64,000 bases of DNA, taken from an uncultured Opitutaceae bacterium (GTDB lineage Bacteria > Verrucomicrobiota > Verrucomicrobiia > Opitutales > Opitutaceae). The DNA lies in assembly GCA_903891325.1 (NCBI GenBank), contig CAITEC010000029.1, positions 539 to 64,538 of the forward strand. The letters are read 5' to 3'. Within the stretch, counting starts at the first letter, position 1. The number at the start of each line of letters is the position of its first letter. Made by a program: the position numbers and the translations under genes. Shown piece by piece: positions 54,296 through 63,675 of this stretch. Below the pieces are notes generated by a model. It saw only the letters and a list, made by a program, of their open reading frames with translations. It was not told where the DNA came from and searched no databases.

Positions 54296-56116
54296 TCAGT
54301 CCTGCGTGCGCAGGGCCTCCAGCTGCTCCCAGCGGGCGAAGGCTTCGGCGTGCTCGCGCTCCGCGGCCTCGAGTCTGGCCCGGGCGGCGGCGGGGGCGGT
54401 CGGCTCGCCCTTGTAAAAGACGGGGTCGGACAGCTTGGCCGCGAGGGCGGCCTGCTCGGTCTCGAGCGCCTCGATCCGGGCGGGTAGCGCTTCCAGTTCG
54501 CGCTTCTCCTTGTTGGTGAGTTTCCGCGCGGGGGTGGCCGGCTTCGCGGGGGCCGCCGCTGCTGCGGGCTTGGCCGGCGGCGCCGCGGTCGGCTTGGGCT
54601 GCGCGGCGGCTGCGGGACCCCGCTGGCGGACCCAGTCGGCATAGCCGCCCACCGTCTCGACGATCCCGCCCCGGCCGTCGAGGGCGAAGGTGCTCGTGAC
54701 CACGTTGTCGAGGAATTCACGGTCGTGGCTGACGAGCAGGAGGGTTCCCTGGAACTCGACCAGCAGGTCCTCCAGCAGGTCGAGGGTCTCGGCGTCCAGG
54801 TCATTCGTCGGCTCGTCCATCACCAGCACGTTCGCCGGCTTCGTGAAGAGCCGGGCGAGCAGCAGCCGGTTGCGCTCGCCGCCGGACAGCACGCGCGCGG
54901 GGGTGCGGGCGCGATCGGGCGCGAAGAGGAAATCCTGGAGGTAGCTCATCACATTCCGCGACCGGCCGTCGATGGTCACCGTCGTGTTCCCGTTGGCGAT
55001 GTTGTCGGCGACCGTCTTGGTGTCGTCGATCTGCTCCCGGAGCTGGTCGAAGTAGACGACCTCCAGCTTCGTGCCGTGAGTGATCGTCCCGGCGGTGGGT
55101 GAGAGCTGGCCGAGGAGAAGCTTGATCAGGGTCGTCTTGCCCGCGCCGTTGGGCCCGATGATCCCGATCTTGTCGCCGCGGATCAGGGTCGTGGTGAGGT
55201 CGCGGACGACCGTGCGGCCGCCCGGCCAGGCGAAGGACGCATTCTCCACGTCGATCACCTTGACCCCCGAGCGCTCCGCCTCGGAGAGGCGCAGGCTGAC
55301 ATTTCCCGTGCGGTCGCGCCGGGCGCGGCGCTCGGCCCGCATCTGCATGAGCTGGTTGATCCGGCTTTGCGCCCGCGAGCGCTGCGCCCGGACCCCGCGG
55401 CGGATCCACGCCTCCTCCTGCGCGAGCTTCTTGTCGAAGAGGGCCTGCTGGCGCTCCTCGGCCTCGAGCACCTCCTGCTTGCGGGTGAGGTAGGTGTCGT
55501 AGTCGCAGGCCCAGCTCGCGAGCCGTCCGCGGTCGAGCTCCACGATCCGGGTCGCCAGCCGGCGGAGGAAGACCCGGTCGTGGGTGACGAAGAAAAGCGA
55601 GAGCCGGGAACTGACGAGGAATTCCTCGAGCCAGAGGATGGACTCGATGTCGAGGTGGTTGGTCGGCTCGTCGAGCATCAGCAGGTCGGGCTGGCCGCCG
55701 ATGGCCCGGGCGAGCAGGGCCCGCCGCTTGAGCCCGCCCGAAAGGGTCGAAAACTCCGCCTTTGGGTCGAGCTGGAGCCGATCGAGCAGGTCCTCGAGCC
55801 GAATTTCGCGCTCCCAGTCCTCCTCATGGTCACCGGCGCGCTTTGGCCCGGAGGCGACCAGGTCGTGCACCGCCCCGTGGAGGTCCGTCGGGACCTCCTG
55901 CGGAAGCCGGGTGCACAGCGAACCGGCGGGTCTGAAGATGTCCCCCCGGTCCGGTTTCATCTCCCCGGCGATCACCCGCATGAGCGTGGATTTCCCCGCG
56001 CCGTTTCGTCCCAGCAGGCAGACCCGCTCGCCGGGGTCGATCTGGAGATTGACGTTACCCAGGACCGGCGCGCCGCCGAAGCTGAGGCTGATGTCGAGGA
56101 GGCTGAGCAGGGCCAT
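54296..56116 (-). CDS. uup: ABC-F family ATPase, Uup-like
   Basis: Two ABC cassettes (GRNGAGKST/LSGGLKRR and GPNGAGKTT/LSGGERNR), no TM domain, C-terminal Ala/Pro-rich linker and coiled-coil tail. Confidence 0.85.
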   Translation of the reverse strand: MALLSLLDISLSFGGAPVLGNVNLQIDPGERVCLLGRNGAGKSTLMRVIAGEMKPDRGDIFRPAGSLCTRLPQEVPTDLHGAVHDLVASGPKRAGDHEEDWEREIRLEDLLDRLQLDPKAEFSTLSGGLKRRALLARAIGGQPDLLMLDEPTNHLDIESILWLEEFLVSSRLSLFFVTHDRVFLRRLATRIVELDRGRLASWACDYDTYLTRKQEVLEAEERQQALFDKKLAQEEAWIRRGVRAQRSRAQSRINQLMQMRAERRARRDRTGNVSLRLSEAERSGVKVIDVENASFAWPGGRTVVRDLTTTLIRGDKIGIIGPNGAGKTTLIKLLLGQLSPTAGTITHGTKLEVVYFDQLREQIDDTKTVADNIANGNTTVTIDGRSRNVMSYLQDFLFAPDRARTPARVLSGGERNRLLLARLFTKPANVLVMDEPTNDLDAETLDLLEDLLVEFQGTLLLVSHDREFLDNVVTSTFALDGRGGIVETVGGYADWVRQRGPAAAAQPKPTAAPPAKPAAAAAPAKPATPARKLTNKEKRELEALPARIEALETEQAALAAKLSDPVFYKGEPTAPAAARARLEAAEREHAEAFARWEQLEALRTQD

Positions 56117-56164
56117 AAGCGGTCCAACGTGAACTTGTGGGCCGGCATAGGCAATAGAGGGGAT

Positions 56165-56323
56165 TTTGAACAGGAAGATCGGGAAGACCGGAAAGTTATA
56201 ATCTAATGCCTTCCAACAGAGTCTGGAACTTTAGGACGATGGGATTTAATCCCTGATTTTGGAGTTCTGTACCGGGCCATTCCCATCCGATCTTTCCGGC
56301 CTTCGCGGCCTTCCTGTTCAAAA
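56165..56323. repeat. repeat family C copy 2: two arms separated by about 90 nt
   Basis: tttgaacaggaagatcgggaagaccggaaag (56165-56195) and ccgatctttccggccttcgcggccttcctgttcaaaa (56287-56323) in inverted orientation, in the uup/MFS divergent intergenic region. Confidence 0.7.
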
Positions 56324-56415
56324 GCATTCCATCCTCTGTGACAATTTGCCGCCCCGGGAATGGTTGTGCTTGTCATGCTCCGGCCTATAATCTGAATCAC
56401 AGCGCCCGCCTCACG

Positions 56416-57897
56416 ATGTACCTAATCACAATCGGATTCTGCATGGTCCTGGTGATTACGGTGTATTTTTTGAACAATCCGCTGAGGCACGGGCGGTGGT
56501 TCCTGATCCGGCGCTTCATCAACTGGTTCCCGCTGGGGATGACCTACGCCTTCCTCTACATGGGGCGCTACAACCTGACAGTGTCCAAGACGGCGCTGGG
56601 ATCGCTCATGACGAAGGAGGACTTCGGCTGGATCGCGGCGGCGGGCACCTGCACCTACGCCCTATCCTTCATCGTCAACGGCCCCCTGGTGGACCGGATC
56701 GGCGGGAAGAAGGGAATCCTCATCGGCGCCCTCGGCTCCTCCTTCGCCAACATGCTCCTGGGCGTCCTCACTTACCTTGTCCTGACCCACCGGTTGAAGA
56801 TCCGGCTGGTCACGGCGTTCTCGGCGATCTACGCGCTCAATATGTATTTCCAGAGCTACGGCGCCGTCTCGATCATCAAGATCAAGGCGTACTGGTTCCA
56901 CGTCCGCGAGCGCGGTACCTTTGGCGCGATCTTCGGATCCCTCATCTCAATCGGGATCTATTTTGCGATAGACTGGGGCCAGGGCATCGCGCAGATGACG
57001 AAGGCCAGCATCGGGCCAGATGCCACGTGGCTTCATCGGTCCATCCTCCATGTGTTTGGCCTCAAGGGCGGCGGCGTGGACGCGACCTGGGCGGTGTTCC
57101 TGATTCCCGCGGTCATCCTCATCTTCTGGGCGCTGGTCGACTGGCTGCTGATCAAGAACACGCCGGAGGAGGCGGGCTTTGCCCCCTTCGACGCGCACGA
57201 CGCCTCGTCCGGCCAGATGCACATCACGCTGACGAAGATGGACCTCCTCAGGAAGGTCTTCACCAGCCCGCTCATGCTGATGATCGCCCTGATCGAGATG
57301 ACCTCGGGCATTTTTCGGGACGGCATCACGAACTGGTACTTCATCTTTTCGGCCGAGGTGCGGCAGCCCGGGGCCCTGTTTTTCCAGCAGCACTGGGGCT
57401 GGCTCCTCTGCATTTTCGGCATCGTGGGCGGTTTCGCCGGCGGACTGACCTCCGACAGGTTCTTCCAGTCCCGGCGCGGTCCCCCGGCCGCCATGCTATG
57501 CGGCATTGTCCTGGTCGCCTCGCTGGTGATGGCATCCTTCCTCTTCTCCTCGCCGGTCATCGCGGGCTCGGCCGCCGTGGCGATTGTCATGTGCGCGGTC
57601 GGCATCACCTCGCTCATGTCGGGCACGGCGGCCGCCGACTTTGGCGGACGCAAGGCGACCGCCACCTGCATGGGCATCGTGGACGGGTTCGCCTACGTCG
57701 GGAGCGGCCTTCAGGCGGTGTGCCTGAGCCATATCACGACCTTTAACTGGCGGTTGTGGCCCCTCTTCCTCGCGCCCTTCGCCCTTCTCGGCCTGATCAT
57801 TGCGATCAAGATATGGACTGCGCTTCCCGCCGCGACGCGCCGCTACATCGCCGAGGTCGAGGAGTGCGACGACAAGGTGGTGCCCGTGCCGGCCTGA
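56416..57897 (+). CDS. MFS transporter, organophosphate:Pi antiporter (OPA, UhpC/GlpT-like) family
   Basis: About 12 hydrophobic helices; FLYMGRYNLTV and VNGPLVDRIGGKK resemble the OPA-family signature. Confidence 0.8.
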   Translation: MYLITIGFCMVLVITVYFLNNPLRHGRWFLIRRFINWFPLGMTYAFLYMGRYNLTVSKTALGSLMTKEDFGWIAAAGTCTYALSFIVNGPLVDRIGGKKGILIGALGSSFANMLLGVLTYLVLTHRLKIRLVTAFSAIYALNMYFQSYGAVSIIKIKAYWFHVRERGTFGAIFGSLISIGIYFAIDWGQGIAQMTKASIGPDATWLHRSILHVFGLKGGGVDATWAVFLIPAVILIFWALVDWLLIKNTPEEAGFAPFDAHDASSGQMHITLTKMDLLRKVFTSPLMLMIALIEMTSGIFRDGITNWYFIFSAEVRQPGALFFQQHWGWLLCIFGIVGGFAGGLTSDRFFQSRRGPPAAMLCGIVLVASLVMASFLFSSPVIAGSAAVAIVMCAVGITSLMSGTAAADFGGRKATATCMGIVDGFAYVGSGLQAVCLSHITTFNWRLWPLFLAPFALLGLIIAIKIWTALPAATRRYIAEVEECDDKVVPVPA

Positions 57898-57913
57898 CGC
57901 CCCCTATTATTTC

Positions 57914-59059
57914 ATGGCAACGAAGGACAAAAAACTGCGCATCGGCTTCGTCGGGACGGGCTTCATGGGCCAGTGCGCGCACCTGCGGAATTACGCGACG
58001 ATCGAGGGATGCGAGATCGTCGCCCTGGCCGAGATGCGGGAGGACATGGGCAGGCGGGTGGGCGCCAAATACGGCATCCCGAAGGTCTACAAGCTCGCCT
58101 CCGAGATGCTCGCGAAGGAGAAGCTCGACGGGATCGTCGCCTCGCAGCAGTTCAACCGCCACGGGATCGTCGTGAGCGAGATCCTCGCGGCGGGGCTGCC
58201 CGTCTTCATCGAGAAGCCCCTGGCCGCCTCGCTGCCGGTGGGCGAGCAACTGGCGGCGGCCGACAAGGCCGCGGGCGGGAAGGTGATGGTCGGCTACCAC
58301 AAGAGGAGCGACCCGGCCACGATCTACGCCAAGGCGGAGATCGAGCGGCTGAAACAGACCGGCGAGATCGGCAAACTGCAATATATCCGCGTTACGATCC
58401 CCTCCGGGGACTTCATCGCCAACGGTGTCTTCGACGGGCTGCTCGGGACCGACTCCCCGGCGCCCGCGGACATCGACCCGAAGGACCCCGGCCTGAGCGA
58501 GGAGCAAAACACCGCCTATTTTTACTTCGTCAATTTCTTCATCCACCAGCTCAACCTGATCCGGCACCTGCTGGGGGAGGACTACAAGCTCTCCTACGTG
58601 GACCCGTCCGGGATCGTCATCGTTGGGCACGGGCTGGGCACGGGCATCCCGGTGACCCTGGAGTGCATCCCGTACACGACGATTTCCGACTGGGAGGAGG
58701 TCGCGCTGGTCGGCTTCGAGTCCGGCTACCTGAAGCTGACGCTTCCCGCCCCGCTGATCCTCAACCGCGCGGGCGAGGTGGAGATCGTCAAGGACCCGAA
58801 GAAGGGGACGGCCCCGACCCCCGGGCTGCCGCCATACCCGATCCACTTCCAGCATCCCTATTCCCATCTCAACGAGAGCAACTGGAGCGCCGGCAGCACG
58901 TTCAAGCCCAAGATGCCCCAGGACCACGCGATGCGGATCCAGGCGGTCAATTTTCTCCGCTTTGTCCGCGGCGAGGCGCCGCCCCCGGTTGGCGCCGCCG
59001 AGGCGCTGAAGGATTTGCAGCTGGGCCGCGACTGGCTCAGGATGAAGTACGGAGCCTGA
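57914..59059 (+). CDS. Gfo/Idh/MocA family oxidoreductase
   Basis: LRIGFVGTGFMGQCAH Rossmann motif, VFIEKP. Confidence 0.9.
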   Translation: MATKDKKLRIGFVGTGFMGQCAHLRNYATIEGCEIVALAEMREDMGRRVGAKYGIPKVYKLASEMLAKEKLDGIVASQQFNRHGIVVSEILAAGLPVFIEKPLAASLPVGEQLAAADKAAGGKVMVGYHKRSDPATIYAKAEIERLKQTGEIGKLQYIRVTIPSGDFIANGVFDGLLGTDSPAPADIDPKDPGLSEEQNTAYFYFVNFFIHQLNLIRHLLGEDYKLSYVDPSGIVIVGHGLGTGIPVTLECIPYTTISDWEEVALVGFESGYLKLTLPAPLILNRAGEVEIVKDPKKGTAPTPGLPPYPIHFQHPYSHLNESNWSAGSTFKPKMPQDHAMRIQAVNFLRFVRGEAPPPVGAAEALKDLQLGRDWLRMKYGA

Positions 59060-59064
59060 AATTT

Positions 59065-60162
59065 ATGCCTGTAAAATTCACCAAACTGACGGTCGCGGCG
59101 GAAAGCTACGAGTCGGCCGGTGTGTGGGACGTCGACGGCGACGGGATTCCCGACATCGTCTCCGGCTCGTTCTGGCACAAGGGCCCGGACTTCCGGCAGC
59201 GCTTCTTTATCAGCGACGTGAACCGGATGGGGGAGTACTGGAACGATTTTGCCACGATTCACATGGACATCAGCGGCAGCGGCCGGATGGATTTCGTGAC
59301 CGGCGGCTGGGGCGGGGATTTCCGCTGGGTGGAGTGCCCGGCGGACCCGACCAAGCCCTGGACGGTCCACCCGCTGGGAGATATCGGCAACATCGAGACG
59401 ATCCGCGCCGCCGACGTCGATGGTGACGGGCATCTGGAGATCGTCCCGAACACCCCGGGAAAGCCGGTCACGATCTTCAAGCGGGTGCTCGACGCCAAGG
59501 GCAAGGGCACGGGGAAATTTGTCTCCCACGTCCTCAAGCGGGAGGGCCCCGGCTCGGAATTTTCCGGTCACGGGCTGGGATTTGGCGATATCGCGGGGAA
59601 CGGCCGCACCGACATCCTCCTTTGCGACGGCTGGCTGGAGGCCCCGGAGAAACCCTACGAGCAGCTCTGGAAGTTCCACAAGGAGTACGACCTGGGCTGC
59701 GCGAGCGTGCCCATCATCGTGGCCGACGTGAACGGGGACGGGCTGAACGACCTCATTGTCGGCCAGGCCCACAACTACGGGCTGGACTGGTACGAGCAGA
59801 GGAAAAACAAGGACGGCACGCGCTCCTGGATCAAGCACCCGATCGACCCCTTCAACTCTCAGTACCACGACCTGATCTGGGCCGACATTGACGGCGACGG
59901 GAAGCCCGAGCTGGTGACCGGCAAGCGCTTTCGCGCCCACTGCGGCCACGACCCGGGGGAATTTGACGACCTGGGCGTCTACTATTTCAAGTGGAACGGC
60001 ACCGGCTTCGCCAAGCAGGTCATCAGCTACGGCCAGCCCGGGATCGGGGCCGGATGCGGGATCCACTTCGCGCTGGCGGATCTGCGCGGGACCGGCCGGA
60101 TCGACGTGGTCGCCCCGGGCAAGGACGGGCTCCACGTGTTCTTCAACGAGGGCTCCAAGTGA
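59065..60162 (+). CDS. FG-GAP/VCBS repeat protein without signal peptide
   Basis: Repeated DVDGDGIPDIV, DVDGDGHLEIV, DVNGDGLNDLIV, DIDGDGKPELV calcium-binding-like loops. Confidence 0.85.
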   Translation: MPVKFTKLTVAAESYESAGVWDVDGDGIPDIVSGSFWHKGPDFRQRFFISDVNRMGEYWNDFATIHMDISGSGRMDFVTGGWGGDFRWVECPADPTKPWTVHPLGDIGNIETIRAADVDGDGHLEIVPNTPGKPVTIFKRVLDAKGKGTGKFVSHVLKREGPGSEFSGHGLGFGDIAGNGRTDILLCDGWLEAPEKPYEQLWKFHKEYDLGCASVPIIVADVNGDGLNDLIVGQAHNYGLDWYEQRKNKDGTRSWIKHPIDPFNSQYHDLIWADIDGDGKPELVTGKRFRAHCGHDPGEFDDLGVYYFKWNGTGFAKQVISYGQPGIGAGCGIHFALADLRGTGRIDVVAPGKDGLHVFFNEGSK

Positions 60163-61016
60163 AAAATGGGATCGGCGTAAATTCCTGGGTCTGGACCTCC
60201 CCGTTCACCGACGATTCCGCAGCCCTCATCGGCCGCGCGGCTCGGATGGGTTTCGACGCCTTTGAGGTGGCGGTCGAGGACCCGGCCCACTTCAAGGGCG
60301 ACAAGGTCGCCAGGGCCCTGCGGGCGACGGGGCTGCGGCCCGTCATCTGCGGGGCCTTCGGCCCGTCGCGCGACCTGACGCACGACGATCCCCGGTTCCG
60401 CGCCGAGAGCCTCCAGTACATCACCGACGTGCTGGGGCTCTGCGACAAGTGGGGCGTCAAGGTCTTCGCCGGCCCGATGTATTCGGCAGTCGGCAAGCGG
60501 CGGCAGGTGTCGCCCGCGCAGAGGAAGCGGGAGTGGGACCGCGCAGTCGCCGGGCTCCGGAAGGCCGGGAAGCGGGCGGCCGACCACGGGGTAACGCTCG
60601 CCATCGAGCCGCTCAACCGCTTCGAGACCGACCTGGTCAACACCTCCGCCCAGGTCGTGAGGCTCGTGGACGAGGTCGACCATCCCAGCGTGAAGGTCCA
60701 CCTCGACACCTTCCACATGACGATCGAGGAGGACTCGATCCTCGAGGCGATCAAGGGTGCGGGGAGCCGGCTCGCCCACTTCCACGCCTGTGAGAACAAC
60801 CGAGGCACGCCGGGCAACGGGCTGGTCGCCTGGGAGCAGGTGGCCAAGGGCCTCAGGGCGGTCCGCTACAAGGGCGACCTGGTCATCGAGTCCTTCACCC
60901 CGCAATGCCTGGCGATTGCGGCTGCCGCCGCCATCTGGCGGCCGCTTGCCCCCTCCCAGGACTCGCTTGCCCGGGGCGGGCTGGCCTTCCTGCGGAAGCT
61001 GGTCGCGAAGGCGTGA
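60159..61016 (+). CDS. xylose-isomerase-like TIM barrel, ketose 3-epimerase-like
   Basis: GTGA overlap with the upstream gene; LAIEPLNRFET, HLDTFHMTIEE, HFHACENNRG metal-ligand pattern. Confidence 0.85.
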   Translation: MKNGIGVNSWVWTSPFTDDSAALIGRAARMGFDAFEVAVEDPAHFKGDKVARALRATGLRPVICGAFGPSRDLTHDDPRFRAESLQYITDVLGLCDKWGVKVFAGPMYSAVGKRRQVSPAQRKREWDRAVAGLRKAGKRAADHGVTLAIEPLNRFETDLVNTSAQVVRLVDEVDHPSVKVHLDTFHMTIEEDSILEAIKGAGSRLAHFHACENNRGTPGNGLVAWEQVAKGLRAVRYKGDLVIESFTPQCLAIAAAAAIWRPLAPSQDSLARGGLAFLRKLVAKA

Positions 61017-61047
61017 GTTTTTTTCCAACCCAAAAAATCATTCAACC

Positions 61048-61812
61048 ATGCTAAGCTACGACCAGGTTCAGGCCTATGAGCGGGACGGCTACGTCCTCGC
61101 CAAGGACGTATTCACGCCGGCCGAGGTGGAAGTCCTCCTCGCCGCCACCGAGCGGGAGGGACGGATGACCGAGAATGTATGGGACATCCCGGACGCGGCG
61201 GGCCGCTCCAGCAAGCTGGCCTTCTGGACGGACGTGCGCGCGGACCTGTTCGGCGCCGTGACCACCCATCCGCGGCTCGTCAACAATGCGCGCATGCTCC
61301 TGCGCGAGGACCTCTACCACTGGCACAGCAAGCTGAGCGTCAAGCAGCCAAAGACCGGCGGGGCCTGGGAATGGCACCAGGACTACGGCTACTGGTACGG
61401 GGACGCCTGCCTCTATCCGCGGATGATCTCCTGCATGATCGCCCTGGACCCGTGCACGCGGGCCAACGGCTGCCTCAAGGTGATCGCCGGTTCGCACCTC
61501 CTGGGCCGGATCGACCACGGCAAGGTGGGCGGCCAGAACGGGGCGGACCCGGCGCGCGTCGAGGCGATCATGGCGCGGCTCCCCGTCCACCTCTGCGAGG
61601 CGCCTCCCGGAAGCGTGCTCTTTTTCCACTGCAATACCTTCCACTCCTCGGAGGCCAATACGTCGGAAATTCCGCGCCGCGCCTACATCTGCTGCTACAA
61701 CGCGCTGTCCAACGAGCCGTATTCCCAGGAGAAGGCCCACGGCAAGGCGGTCCCGATCCAGGTCGGGGCGGACGACTCGATCACGCGCTTTGCCCAGGCG
61801 GCGGTCGCCTGA
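61048..61812 (+). CDS. PhyH family Fe(II)/2OG dioxygenase
   Basis: EWHQDYGYWY (HxD), FFHCNTFHSSEANTS (distal His). Confidence 0.85.
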   Translation: MLSYDQVQAYERDGYVLAKDVFTPAEVEVLLAATEREGRMTENVWDIPDAAGRSSKLAFWTDVRADLFGAVTTHPRLVNNARMLLREDLYHWHSKLSVKQPKTGGAWEWHQDYGYWYGDACLYPRMISCMIALDPCTRANGCLKVIAGSHLLGRIDHGKVGGQNGADPARVEAIMARLPVHLCEAPPGSVLFFHCNTFHSSEANTSEIPRRAYICCYNALSNEPYSQEKAHGKAVPIQVGADDSITRFAQAAVA

Positions 61813-62646
61813 TCATCCGGCCCGCCGGCGCTCCTCGCTCGGGCTCCGGCCGGTCGCCAGCCGGAAGCGCCGGTGGAAGTACTGCGGGTTTCCCAGCCCG
61901 GCCTCGATCGCGACCGCCTTGATCGGCAGGCGCGTCGCCGCGAGGAGGTGTCGCGCGAGCTCGATCCGCCGGCCGAGCACGTAGCGCTTCAGGGGGACGC
62001 CGTGCCGGGCGCGGAACTGCCGCGCGAGGTAGTTCTGGCTCACGCCGACCTGACGGGCGAGCACCGCGACATCCAGCGGCGCCCGGTAGTTCTCGTCGAG
62101 GAACCGGCGGACCCGCTCGACCACCTGGTCGACCCGGGTGGGGGAGGAGCCGGCGGCCCGCTCCTCGGGGCTCGCGGTGACAGCGATCCACAGCAGCAGC
62201 GCCTGGAGCGCGGCGCCCGCCGCGCGGCCGGCCAGGGCCGATCGGGGTCCGCCGCTCTCGGCGAGCCGGTGCAGGTCGATCACCTCCTGCAGCCTCTCGC
62301 GCACCGCGCGCTCGTGCGGCCCGGTGCGCCAGTGCAGGGGCAGCCGCAGCGGCGAACGCCCCGGCGGGAGGGCCCTGAAGTGCACGCAGAGATGGTGGCT
62401 GTTCCCCTCCAGGTCGTAGCGGGACACCAGGCCGGCCGGCGTCAGGGTGAAGTCCCCGGGTTGGAGCGGCACCTCGCGCCTCCCCAGCCACATCCGGCCC
62501 ACGTGGTCGTTTAGGTGCAGGGCGACCGTCTTCGGGGAACGGTAGAGGAAGTCCGAATTGTGTTCCGGCATCGGGAAGCGCCCCCCGCTGACCAGGGCGG
62601 GCAGGGCCCCCGCGGGCCAGGAAAGATGGGAGGTCGAATGGGACAT
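61813..62646 (-). CDS. AraC/XylS family transcriptional regulator (second)
   Basis: C-terminal HTH LARQVGVSQNYLARQFRARHG ... IKAVAIEAGLGNPQYFHRRFRLATGRSP; start at ATG 62646 (track ORF is 5'-extended through repeat A3). Confidence 0.85.
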   Translation of the reverse strand: MSHSTSHLSWPAGALPALVSGGRFPMPEHNSDFLYRSPKTVALHLNDHVGRMWLGRREVPLQPGDFTLTPAGLVSRYDLEGNSHHLCVHFRALPPGRSPLRLPLHWRTGPHERAVRERLQEVIDLHRLAESGGPRSALAGRAAGAALQALLLWIAVTASPEERAAGSSPTRVDQVVERVRRFLDENYRAPLDVAVLARQVGVSQNYLARQFRARHGVPLKRYVLGRRIELARHLLAATRLPIKAVAIEAGLGNPQYFHRRFRLATGRSPSEERRRAG

Positions 62647-62672
62647 CGGAAAATTGGATAGTGGGTCGGTCC

Positions 62673-62749
62673 GAGGGTGGAGCGGGACCTCCGGGCACGC
62701 TGGTTTGGGAATGTCGCCGCTCAGCGCGCTCGGAGATCGCGCTCCACCC
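62673..62749 (+). repeat. repeat family A, copy 3 (full length)
   Basis: gagggtggagcgggacctccgggcacgctggtt + divergent centre + gctcagcgcgctcggagatcgcgctccacc. Confidence 0.85.
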
Positions 62750-62898
62750 AGGAACTGCAAACCTAGCAATTTAAGTGTTGAAAAGAGACAATAGAGAGCG
62801 GAAAGCGACAACAGAATAACGTTACGTGGCTTTCACTTGCCGCCCAAGTCTTCCATTGAACCCAATTCCCACCCGCACCTGTATCCCTACGGACACCC

Positions 62899-63675
62899 AT
62901 GAAAAACGCAAAAGAGATCAAGGAATTTTTTGATGAAAACGGTTACTACTTCGCCCGCGGGGTCTTTTCGCCGCAGGCCATCCGCGAGATGGAGTCGGAA
63001 TTCGACCGGATCGTGTCCCACAACACGGCCAGGAACGACAACTCGAACCGCAAGTGGGTGGGCGACAACAAGGACCTGCTGGCCGCCCGGGCCGACTCGG
63101 TGATCGTCCACACCCACCAGCTCCAGTCCTATTCCGCGCGCTGGCTCCAGGCCGTCCTCGACCCCGGCTTCCTCGACGTGGTCGAGGCGATCCTCGGGCC
63201 CGACATCATCCTGCACCACACGAAGCTCCTGCAGAAGCCCGCGGAGAAGGGCGCGCCCTTCCCGATGCACCAGGACTGGTCCTACTTCCCCTCGGTCAAC
63301 AACACCATGCTCGGCGGGTCGATCCACGTCACCCGGGCGACCGACGACATGGGCTGCCTGCGCGTCTATCCCGGGTCCCACCGGCTTGGCCGGACGACCG
63401 GGACCAACGGCCAGGAAGCGAGCGCGTTCATGGAGAAAAACTACCCGCTGTCGGGGGCCAAGGTGATCGAGGCGGAGGCCGGCGACGTCCTCTTCTTTCA
63501 CTACTTCACCGTCCACGGGTCGATGCCGAACACGTCGAAGAACACCCGGAAGAACGTCCTGGTCCAGCTTCATTCCGGCAACGACCGGATCGAGGGGGAC
63601 AACCACCATATCAATTCCCGGCTTGTCCTCCGCGGATTCAACAACATCGCAACCCGGAGCTACGTGGAAGCCTAA
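62899..63675 (+). CDS. PhyH family Fe(II)/2OG dioxygenase
   Basis: PMHQDWSYFP (HxD), FFHYFTVHGSMPNTS (distal His). Confidence 0.85.
   Translation: MKNAKEIKEFFDENGYYFARGVFSPQAIREMESEFDRIVSHNTARNDNSNRKWVGDNKDLLAARADSVIVHTHQLQSYSARWLQAVLDPGFLDVVEAILGPDIILHHTKLLQKPAEKGAPFPMHQDWSYFPSVNNTMLGGSIHVTRATDDMGCLRVYPGSHRLGRTTGTNGQEASAFMEKNYPLSGAKVIEAEAGDVLFFHYFTVHGSMPNTSKNTRKNVLVQLHSGNDRIEGDNHHINSRLVLRGFNNIATRSYVEA

Noticed and set aside
56203-56400. FEQEDRE/FEQEGRE-containing small ORFs (24110-24496, the end of 55367-56206, 56203-56400) as a conserved peptide family
   Set aside because: They are translations of the family-C nucleotide repeat on different strands and in different contexts, and they overlap real genes or intergenic structure.
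61807-61818. Abutting convergent stop codons (TGA|TCA forming TGATCA) between PhyH 61048-61812 and AraC-2
   Set aside because: This is probably coincidental tight packing. No hairpin or repeat is associated with it.
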